In this document: one piece after another, positions 37,266-44,458 of the stretch
Numbering within the stretch: the first letter of the stretch is position 1
Layout of the letters: each line of letters opens with the position of its first letter
DNA from: Candidatus Peregrinibacteria bacterium
GTDB lineage: Bacteria > Patescibacteriota > Gracilibacteria > UBA1369 > LOWO2-01-FULL-3
NCBI GenBank assembly: GCA_016206505.1
Contig: JACQRJ010000027.1
Coordinates: 1-63,716, forward strand
Reading direction: 5' to 3'
DNA length: 63,716 nt
Notes under the pieces: generated by a model
Told to the model about the DNA's origin: nothing
Databases searched by the model: none
Seen by the model: the letters and a program-made list of their open reading frames with translations, nothing else
Position numbers and translations under genes: made by a program

Positions 37266-38135
37266 TTAGGTTAGGTTATTAAGTCTTTTTGCTGATTTTA
37301 CGGTATTTTCCATCAAACAGGCCACGGTCATCGGCCCAACACCTCCGGGAACCGGAGTTATCATACCAGCTTTTTTACTGACATTTTCAAAATCACAATC
37401 ACCGACCAGTTTTTCTTTTCCATCCGCACCTTTTATGCGATTTACACCGATATCGATGACCACTGCGCCTTCCTTTACCATTTCCGCAGTAATCAAATTT
37501 GCCTTGCCGACAGCCACGCATAGGATGTCCGCTCGTTTTGTATGCGAAGCCAGATCCTTTGTATGTACATGACAAACGGTTACAGTCGCATCACGATTCA
37601 GTAGCATCGTTGCCAAAGGTTTTCCCACGATATTGCTATGTCCGACAACAACAACTTCCTGTCCTTTTATCGGTACTTTGTAATATTCAAGTAACTGAAT
37701 AACCCCCATCGGCGTGCAGGGGGTCAGGTGTTCAAATTCGGTGCTCAAAAACATTTTGCCCAGGTTGTAAGCCGTAAAACCGTCTACATCTTTTTTCGGC
37801 TCAATCGCTTTCAACACTTCCGGCGCATAGACATTTTTGGGCAATGGCAATTGCACCAGAATTCCGTGAATATCGGGATCTTCATTTAGCGAATGGACTT
37901 TTGAAGCCAACTGTTCTGTTGTTACTTCTTCATCATAATCAAATTGTTCCCACTCGATTCCTGTATCGCTGCAGGCCTTTTGTTTTTGACGGATATAGGA
38001 TAGCGAAGCCGGATTTTGCCCTACAAGAATTACGGCAAGTTTTGGATGAATATGTTTGTTAATAAGCCCGCTAACTTGATCTTTTAATTTAAGCAGGATT
38101 TCTTTTGAGACCTTGCGGCCTTCGATCAGATTCAT
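37266..38135 (-). CDS. folD: Bifunctional methylenetetrahydrofolate dehydrogenase/cyclohydrolase
   Basis: PASLSYIRQKQKA, HGILVQLPLP, VVVGHSNIVGKP, PVPGGVGPMT. Confidence 0.9.
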   Translation of the reverse strand: MNLIEGRKVSKEILLKLKDQVSGLINKHIHPKLAVILVGQNPASLSYIRQKQKACSDTGIEWEQFDYDEEVTTEQLASKVHSLNEDPDIHGILVQLPLPKNVYAPEVLKAIEPKKDVDGFTAYNLGKMFLSTEFEHLTPCTPMGVIQLLEYYKVPIKGQEVVVVGHSNIVGKPLATMLLNRDATVTVCHVHTKDLASHTKRADILCVAVGKANLITAEMVKEGAVVIDIGVNRIKGADGKEKLVGDCDFENVSKKAGMITPVPGGVGPMTVACLMENTVKSAKRLNNLT

Positions 38136-38192
38136 AATTTGAAAGGAAAGAAAAGCAAATCAAATATAACTTATGCGCTTCCGGCCGGTCAA

Positions 38193-38298
38193 GAAGTAGC
38201 GAGCAGACACGAGCGCAAGCGAGTGTCCATAGCCGAAGCGGTTCGCGAATTTAGCGAACCCGAAGGCTTTAGGAGAACCTTTCAAGAAATTTGCAAAC
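38193..38298 (-). repeat. Intergenic structured repeat, copy 1 (divergent/partial)
   Basis: Shares AGCCGAAGCG, the hairpin GGTTCGC-GAATTTA-GCGAACC and GGAGAAC..TTTCAAG with copies 2 and 3. Its right end overlaps the tmk stop. Confidence 0.75.
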
Positions 38299-38872
38299 TC
38301 TCTTTCACCACCTCCCAAAGCCGATCGGTCGTGATATCCCAATTTTTATCCACCAAAACTTTTTTCCAACAGTACTTCTCACCCAAATTCGCAAAAATTT
38401 CACGGCATTTTTCTGTTAATGCTTCATTTTTCTCATGCACATGCAGATTTTCAATCGCCGCAACATCGCGCACGCCTTCCATCAAAATTGCCAAACCTTC
38501 TTTGATAAGTTTTCCGTTTATACATTCCAGAAAATCCTCTTCAAGACCTTTTGCCATTCCCCAGGCGACCCCCGTGCCGATATAATCCTCGGCCACAACA
38601 TTTACACCATCCTCCAGCATCGAAATAAGTTTAGGCTGAAACTGATAACGATTCATCACAAACCACATTTGCAATTCATCCTCTGATATTTTTTGCTCAC
38701 CGCTGCGCAAAACATCGTTCAGCAAGGGGCCTGTCGGAGCAAGATCATAAATCGGATATTTGATATATTCCGCCTTCAAGCCATAACCTCGCAATTTTTC
38801 CACAAGCCTTTTGGCCTGTGTGGTTTTGCCAATATTGTTTATCCCGTAAAGTGTGATGAATTTTCCCCGCAT
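38282..38872 (-). CDS. tmk: Thymidylate kinase-like nucleotide kinase
   Basis: P-loop FITLYGINNIGKTTQAKRL resembles dTMP kinase GxDGxGKTTQ. 196 aa. Confidence 0.6.
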   Translation of the reverse strand: MRGKFITLYGINNIGKTTQAKRLVEKLRGYGLKAEYIKYPIYDLAPTGPLLNDVLRSGEQKISEDELQMWFVMNRYQFQPKLISMLEDGVNVVAEDYIGTGVAWGMAKGLEEDFLECINGKLIKEGLAILMEGVRDVAAIENLHVHEKNEALTEKCREIFANLGEKYCWKKVLVDKNWDITTDRLWEVVKESLQIS

Positions 38873-39108
38873 TAAGTTGTTGTAAAAATTTTAACAACAG
38901 AAAACCAACTGTTTAAAATCGCTTTCATTATAACATTTTCAATATTCAACGTATCGTTTCCTGCTTGATTTTTAGCAATATTTCTGTATCATACAAGTAA
39001 AGCCAAGCGGATCGTAACTACGGTTCCTCTCGGGTCGCACAGAAGCCTTTCCTGGACGGAAGGCTTTTCTGTAATACGATTAAATAACCTGGTGGAGATA
39101 GTTTTAAA

Positions 39109-39182
39109 GGGGCCGTAGTTTAATGGTAAAACGCTTGGCCGCGGCCCGAGAGATGCCGGTTCAAATCCGGTCGGCTCCACCA
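39109..39182 (+). tRNA. Atypical tRNA: anticodon loop CCGCGGC (GCG, C33) with an Ala-type acceptor stem (G3:U70, A73)
   Basis: GGGGCCG-TA-GTTT-AATGGTA-AAAC-G-CTTGG-CCGCGGC-CCGAG-AGAT-GCCGG-TTCAAAT-CCGGT-CGGCTCC-A-CCA folds as a canonical 74-nt cloverleaf. Confidence 0.7.
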
Positions 39183-39184
39183 GG

Positions 39185-39321
39185 CAAAGTAGCGAAATTT
39201 GCGCTCCAAAGCCGAAGTGGCACGCGAATTTAGCGTGACCGTAGGCGAAGGAGAACTTTCAAGCAAAATGCAAACGTACGTGCAGCATCTTGCGTAGAAA
39301 GTTCAGCAAATTCCTATTGAA
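39185..39321 (-). repeat. Intergenic structured repeat, copy 2
   Basis: 137 nt, ungapped. 123/137 identical to copy 3 by hand alignment. Starts 3 nt after the tRNA CCA end. Its right end overlaps the dut stop codon. Confidence 0.9.
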
Positions 39322-39784
39322 CAAAATTATATCCACCCGTACTCCCAAACCCTCCGCGGCTCTCTACAGAGATTTCTTCAACTTCCTGCCACTGAAACTT
39401 ATCAATTTTTACAAAAACTCCCTGAGCGATCTTTTCGCCGCGCAAAATTTTCACAGTATCCGAAGTGAAATTATAAACCAAAACTTTTATCTCATCATTC
39501 GGCCCGCAATAATCATGATCGATAATCCCAAAACCATGTGGTGGACTGATGCCTTTCTTTATTGGTGTACTGCTGCGACTTGCGATCACAAGCATGTAAC
39601 CTTTTGGCACTTCTACGATCAAATTTGCAGCAACCAAGCCGATTTTTGCCGGCAAAACCTCGGTGTCTTCGCGCGCGATAATGTCAAAACCAACCGAACC
39701 GTCGGTTTCATAGACCGGCAAAGGCAAGGATTTATCGATTCTTTTTATCTTAACTTCCATCACAAAGTAAGATAAATTACTCAA
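39314..39784 (-). CDS. dut: dUTP diphosphatase
   Basis: GSVGFDI, SRSS, GIIDHDY and C-terminal RGGFGSTG dUTPase motifs. Confidence 0.85.
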   Translation of the reverse strand: MSNLSYFVMEVKIKRIDKSLPLPVYETDGSVGFDIIAREDTEVLPAKIGLVAANLIVEVPKGYMLVIASRSSTPIKKGISPPHGFGIIDHDYCGPNDEIKVLVYNFTSDTVKILRGEKIAQGVFVKIDKFQWQEVEEISVESRGGFGSTGGYNFVQ

Positions 39785-39787
39785 GCC

Positions 39788-40852
39788 TTGAAAAACAATA
39801 TGAATTTCAGAAATCTCAATGTTCTCGTTCTAAATTGGCTTCTTATCCTCGCCGCTCCGGTTGATGCCGCCCCTAAAGCCAAGATTGATTTTGCCGTCGG
39901 TGGCCAAGCTGTGATTGAGGGAGTAATGATGCGCTCTCCCAGATCTTTGACTATCGCCGTTCGCAAGCCTGATAAAAAAATTAAAGTCAAAAAGGATCAC
40001 CATTTAACAATTTGTCAGAAATATCCAAAATTAAACATTCCCATTGTTAGGGGAGTGATCAATCTTTTTGAAATGATGATAATTGGGACCAAAGCCATCA
40101 ACTGGTCGGCAAATGAGAGTATCAGAGATGAGGAGGAACATAGTGACGACTCATCTCCAAAAATAAATAAGCAACACGCTCTGGAAAAACATGAAGAGGA
40201 ATCAAAATCTAAATTAAGCAAGTTCTACGAACTCCTCATGTTTTCCCTCTCCCTCGCCCTCGCCATCGGCTTCAGCCTTTTCCTTTTCAAATTTGTACCG
40301 CTCGGCATCACCTCATTGATCGACAAAAATTTTTCAACGGTTCATGAGAATTTCCTATTTTTCAATTTCATTGACGGCACACTAAAAGCCACGATTTTCC
40401 TCACTTACATCTGGCTTCTTTCTCTTATCCCCAGTTTTCGCCGCGTTTTTGAATACCACGGCGCCGAGCACAAATCCATTTTCACCTATGAAAATAAGCT
40501 CGATTTAAAAGTTGAAAATGCAAAAAAACAAACCCGCTTCCATCCCCGTTGCGGCACCAGTTTCATCATCATCGTTTTCATCATCAGCATTTTTGCTTAC
40601 ACACTTTTGCCAAAGCAGGATACTTTCATTGAAAATTTCCTTCTGCGCGTTACTTTTTTGCCGCTTGTAGCCGGCCTTTCTTATGAAGCCCTCAAGATTA
40701 GTGCAAAGTATTCCACAAGCGCTTTTGTAAAACCTCTTATCGCTCCCGGCCTGGCCTTCCAGCGTCTCACTACAAAAGAGCCGAAAGACGGTCAGCTCGA
40801 AGTCGGCCTCGAATCACTCAAGGCCGCATTGGAGATGGAAAAGCAAATATAA
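39788..40852 (+). CDS. DUF1385 (YqhQ-like) membrane protein
   Basis: VGGQAVIEGVMMRSP and EYHGAEHK motifs typical of DUF1385. Acidic insert near residue 110-150. Confidence 0.8.
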   Translation: MKNNMNFRNLNVLVLNWLLILAAPVDAAPKAKIDFAVGGQAVIEGVMMRSPRSLTIAVRKPDKKIKVKKDHHLTICQKYPKLNIPIVRGVINLFEMMIIGTKAINWSANESIRDEEEHSDDSSPKINKQHALEKHEEESKSKLSKFYELLMFSLSLALAIGFSLFLFKFVPLGITSLIDKNFSTVHENFLFFNFIDGTLKATIFLTYIWLLSLIPSFRRVFEYHGAEHKSIFTYENKLDLKVENAKKQTRFHPRCGTSFIIIVFIISIFAYTLLPKQDTFIENFLLRVTFLPLVAGLSYEALKISAKYSTSAFVKPLIAPGLAFQRLTTKEPKDGQLEVGLESLKAALEMEKQI

Positions 40853-40956
40853 TTTTGATAAAACCCGTATTCAAATAATGTGTCTTTTTGCCGAAAAAAA
40901 CTTGACTCTTTTATCAAAAAGTAAGAAAAATTACTGCAAATTTAATCAATTGAATT

Positions 40957-41199
40957 ATGTCTGAATCTAATAAACAAGATAGCGCAGGAGATGATTTAAC
41001 AGCAATGTCGGGACCAACGAGACCAAAAGGTGTCCTCCATCTGGACACCTTCCGGGAAGCTGAACATGCAGCTCAGCACCCATGGTCTCCATCTACAATT
41101 AGGCTTGAAGACCCAGAAACAAGGGCTATACGTGCACAATTGTCTCAAGCAACAAGAGCAGCTACGAATGCAGATAAAAATACAGATGAAGAGGCGTAA
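40957..41199 (+). CDS. Small hypothetical protein
   Basis: 80-aa ORF followed by a strong terminator. No similarity recognised. Confidence 0.3.
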   Translation: MSESNKQDSAGDDLTAMSGPTRPKGVLHLDTFREAEHAAQHPWSPSTIRLEDPETRAIRAQLSQATRAATNADKNTDEEA

Positions 41200-41212
41200 A
41201 TTTCAGCTCAAT

Positions 41213-41240
41213 AAAAAAGTGTCCCCGGGGACACTTTTTT
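41213..41240. terminator. Bidirectional rho-independent terminator
   Basis: AAAAAA-GTGTCCCC/GGGGACAC-TTTTTT perfect palindrome between the convergent ORF 40957 and rplA. Confidence 0.7.
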
Positions 41241-41292
41241 ACATTTTTAAATCAAAACCTCAGGCTCAAATTTCTCATTTCTCACACCTCCT

Positions 41293-41994
41293 TTACCTAC
41301 TCGCATTAACCGCATCATTTACTTCTACAGCAACTGAAGGTCCCATAGTGGTTGTAACTGTTACACTGTTCATGTAAGTACCTTTCTGTGAAGATGGTTT
41401 AACTTCCATAACGGCTTTCACAATCGCCTTCAAATTTTCCTTCAACTTATCCGTACCGAAAGATACTTTGCCAAAAAGTACATGCAAATTTCCATCTTTA
41501 TCTACGCGAAGCTCCACCTTGCCTTTTTTCAACTCCACAATCATTCTCTCAAAATCCGGCCCGACAGTTCCGGCCTTTGGATTTGGCATCAATCTCTTTT
41601 GCCCCAGTACTTTTGCAACTTTTCCCAATTCCTTCATCTGATCCGGTGTCGCAATCGCCACGTCAAAATCGGTCCACCCTTTTTCAATTTTCTTAATCAA
41701 ATCATCTGTTCCGGCGGTAGTAGCGCCGGCGGCTTTTGCAGCCTTGGCCTGACTTTCATCCACAAAAGCCACAACCCTCACATCTTTACCCGTACCATGC
41801 GGCAAAGAAACCGTGGTTCTGATATTTTGATCGGCCTGTTTTGTATCGATTCCAAGATTAAAATGAACTTCGCAACCACTATCAAATTTTGTGATTGCTG
41901 TTTTTGGCAGAAGCTCCAATGCTTCTTGAAATTTGTAAAGCGGCTTATCAATTAATTTGATAACTGCCAAGTATTTCTTTCCACGTTTAGCCAT
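41293..41994 (-). CDS. rplA: 50S ribosomal protein L1
   Basis: MAKRGKKYL start, GTGKDVRVVAF, ATPDQM motifs. Confidence 0.9.
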   Translation of the reverse strand: MAKRGKKYLAVIKLIDKPLYKFQEALELLPKTAITKFDSGCEVHFNLGIDTKQADQNIRTTVSLPHGTGKDVRVVAFVDESQAKAAKAAGATTAGTDDLIKKIEKGWTDFDVAIATPDQMKELGKVAKVLGQKRLMPNPKAGTVGPDFERMIVELKKGKVELRVDKDGNLHVLFGKVSFGTDKLKENLKAIVKAVMEVKPSSQKGTYMNSVTVTTTMGPSVAVEVNDAVNASR

Positions 41995-42053
41995 ATAAAT
42001 GTTGTTAGTGGTGCAAACCCCCGTAAGGAACGGGGTCCCACGAAATAAATAAA

Positions 42054-42479
42054 TTAACCTTCAAATTTCACTCCCATACTGCGTGCTGTTCCGGCAATAA
42101 TTTTCACCGCCTGATCCATTTCATTTGCATTGATATCCTCCCATTTGCGCTTGGCTATGTCCTCAGCTTGTTTTCTGGTCAAAACTCCAACTTTATCTTT
42201 ATGCGGAGCCGCTGATCCCTTTTCCAGCTTCAATGCTTCCTTGATCAGCACTGCCGCTGGCGGACTTTTAAGGATAAAAGTAAAACTTCTGTCGTCAAAA
42301 ATGGTAATTATTACAGGCACTGTAGTACTTCCCATTTCCTTGGTCTGGTTGTTAAATTGCATACAAAAATCCTGCATATTTACACCATGAGGGCCCAGAG
42401 CCGTACCCACGGGAGGCGCCGGATTGGCCTTTCCTGCGGGAAGCTGCAGTTTGACCATAGCTTTTATTTCTTTAGCCAT
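42054..42479 (-). CDS. rplK: 50S ribosomal protein L11
   Basis: [34 protein letters not shown]. Confidence 0.9.
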   Translation of the reverse strand: MAKEIKAMVKLQLPAGKANPAPPVGTALGPHGVNMQDFCMQFNNQTKEMGSTTVPVIITIFDDRSFTFILKSPPAAVLIKEALKLEKGSAAPHKDKVGVLTRKQAEDIAKRKWEDINANEMDQAVKIIAGTARSMGVKFEG

Positions 42480-42572
42480 AAAATTTGTTTAATTTTGCTA
42501 AAATTCGTTCTTAACCGAGTGCGTAATAACGAAATTCTAGGTATTTTTTGCGAAAAGTCAAACCAATTCAAA

Positions 42573-43370
42573 TCAAAACTCATAATCCAGCAAAGTTATC
42601 AGATTTCTGATCTGTGCGTGATATTCTTTTGGATAAGAAAATGCGTAAATCATATTGCTGATTTTCACCGTCAAAAATGCCACGCCGGAGCGCTTGGCAT
42701 CATTCATAAAAAAAGATCCCTGTCCAAACTCATTAGTTTCATTTATCTCTGTATCAAGTCCTTCCGAAGCTCTTACTTTCAAAACTTCGTAAACCTCGGT
42801 GATCGAACTAGCCGGTCCGACCTGTAAAACATAAATTTTAGCTAATAAAATTTCAGCGCTTTTCACGAGTGTCTTTGTCACATTCAAATCATACAAATCA
42901 TCCACATAAACGGTTTTAAAGACAAAACCGTTATGGGGCTCATTTGAAAGAATTGCATTTGCAAAGCCAGAGCTCTTGATCTGATCATCACGGATATAAA
43001 CATTTGTTGCCCAATTGGCATAATTTTCACTTTCAAAATCGGAGGAATCTTCCGCATTGGTATTGCTATCCAGAGTCGTACTGGCAGAAACTTCCAGGCT
43101 GGAAGCATCCGAACTCTCTCTAGATATGCCATCCCCTTCATCAATCTGCGCAGAGTCAACAGGATCGGTTGCAACAGAAGAACCCAGCACATTTGTCTCC
43201 ATACTTTTGCTCAAATCCAGACTCTCCGGCAATGGCACTTCCGTACCATCGGATAAAACTTCTTCCGAAGCACCTTCTTCAACGGGAAAATAATCATTCA
43301 TGGCAATTTCCGCCATCACAACTATCACTATAATGGTCAGAAGAACCGTAAAAACTGTAAATTTTCGCAT
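42573..43370 (-). CDS. Hypothetical N-terminally anchored protein inserted between nusG and rplK
   Basis: 265 aa. TM FTVFTVLLTIIVIVVMAEIAM, an acidic Ser/Asp-rich linker and a C-terminal globular part. No family recognised. Confidence 0.55.
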   Translation of the reverse strand: MRKFTVFTVLLTIIVIVVMAEIAMNDYFPVEEGASEEVLSDGTEVPLPESLDLSKSMETNVLGSSVATDPVDSAQIDEGDGISRESSDASSLEVSASTTLDSNTNAEDSSDFESENYANWATNVYIRDDQIKSSGFANAILSNEPHNGFVFKTVYVDDLYDLNVTKTLVKSAEILLAKIYVLQVGPASSITEVYEVLKVRASEGLDTEINETNEFGQGSFFMNDAKRSGVAFLTVKISNMIYAFSYPKEYHAQIRNLITLLDYEF

Positions 43371-43419
43371 CTAAACTTGGAATATTGGAATAAGGGAATA
43401 TCCAAATCAAAGCTTATGA

Positions 43420-43556
43420 CAAAGTAGCGAGATTTGCAATCCGAAGCCGAAGCGTCACGCGAATTTAGCGTGACCGGAGGCGAAGGAGAACTTTCAAACA
43501 AAATGCCAACGAAGGTGCAGCATTTTGTGTAGAAAGTTCAGCAAATCCCTATTGAA
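43420..43556 (-). repeat. Intergenic structured repeat, copy 3
   Basis: 137 nt. Hairpins GTCACGC-GAATTTA-GCGTGAC and ACAAAATGC-N13-GCATTTTGT. Ends 13 nt from the nusG stop. Confidence 0.9.
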
Positions 43557-43568
43557 AAACATCAAAAT

Positions 43569-44114
43569 TTACTTTTTTTTGATCTGCGTAAAATCCAGTT
43601 CAACCGGAGTCTCTCGTCCGAAGATTGTAATAAGAACCTTAACTTTACCCTTTTCTTCATCAATATTGCTGATAACTCCTTCATAATTGGCAAAAGGCCC
43701 TTCCAAAACCACCACATGATCGTTGTCAGTAAAGTCGATTTTGAATTTAGGCTCAGCCTGACCCATATGTTTTTTAATCACTTTCCACTCTTCCGGAGAG
43801 ACAGGCACGGGAATAGTTCCAGAGCCTACAAACCCCGTAACATTTGGAGTATTTCTCACCACATACCAACTGTCATCGGTCACGACCATATCAACAAGAA
43901 CATAGCCTGGAAAAATGCGCTTTTCTTGAGTAATCGGCTCACCCTTCTTGATGACGATTTCAGTTTCCTTTGGTACAACAACATCAAAAATCAAATCCTG
44001 CATGCCCAACGACTCGATACGTTGAAGCAAAGCCTCACGCACCGCATCTTCATAACCTGAATAAGTGTGAACCACATACCAATGGCGACCTGTATCTTTC
44101 GCTTGTCGTGACAT
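43569..44114 (-). CDS. nusG: Transcription termination/antitermination factor NusG
   Basis: WYVVHTYSGYEDAV (NGN) and C-terminal KOW (GPFANYEGVISNID...KVKVLITIFGRETPVEL). Confidence 0.9.
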   Translation of the reverse strand: MSRQAKDTGRHWYVVHTYSGYEDAVREALLQRIESLGMQDLIFDVVVPKETEIVIKKGEPITQEKRIFPGYVLVDMVVTDDSWYVVRNTPNVTGFVGSGTIPVPVSPEEWKVIKKHMGQAEPKFKIDFTDNDHVVVLEGPFANYEGVISNIDEEKGKVKVLITIFGRETPVELDFTQIKKK

Positions 44115-44117
44115 AAC

Positions 44118-44318
44118 TTAAAATTTCAAATTGACTAAATAACTATAAAGCTGACCAAATAAATAATCGACCGCACCCAAAACAACGGCCGCAACAAGGC
44201 AGAAAATAAGTACAATAATGCTGATTTTTACAGCTTGTTGTTTGGTCGGCCATGTAACCCTGGTCAACTCCTCAAAACTTGCTCTTAAATAATTTGATAC
44301 CGCGTTTACTGCTTTCAT
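44118..44318 (-). CDS. secE: Preprotein translocase subunit SecE
   Basis: 66 aa. ELTRVTWPTKQQ followed by one TM. Conserved position upstream of nusG. Confidence 0.8.
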   Translation of the reverse strand: MKAVNAVSNYLRASFEELTRVTWPTKQQAVKISIIVLIFCLVAAVVLGAVDYLFGQLYSYLVNLKF

Positions 44319-44409
44319 ATGTTTATGTTCTCATTTTTAAAAAGCCTCTCGGCTCGAAAATGAATATAGCATCGATAGTCGCGAAAGCGCAAGGAAAAAT
44401 CAGCCGGCA

Positions 44410-44438
44410 TTGCTAAAAAAGCCAAAAAATGCTAAAAT
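44410..44438 (+). promoter_or_regulatory. Sigma70-like promoter of the pilin-like/PKD operon
   Basis: TTGCTA-N17-TAAAAT with an extended -10 TG (TGcTAAAAT). It overlaps the upstream ATG at 44429, which favours the 44459 start. Confidence 0.45.
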
Positions 44439-44458
44439 ATCAGGAAACAAAAATACAA

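Noticed and set aside
38136-38281. Possible ZTP (pfl) or other purine/folate riboswitch in the folD 5' region
   Set aside because: The structured sequence here is a copy of the dispersed repeat also found after dut and nusG. I could not find the ZTP consensus (GGGUCGUGAC...CCGCCUGGGCA type), so its placement upstream of folD is probably incidental.
38989-39180. 63-aa ORF antisense to the atypical tRNA, and likewise the 94-aa ORF at 63300-63584 over tRNA-Gln
   Set aside because: Both overlap well-folded tRNA genes. This is the typical spurious translation of tRNA antisense sequence.
41995-42053. Hairpin CCCCGT-TCCTT-ACGGGG in the rplK-rplA spacer as a possible L1 autoregulatory site
   Set aside because: It is a single short hairpin, and I could not match it to the L1-binding 23S/mRNA consensus from memory. 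There is insufficient evidence to call it a regulatory element.
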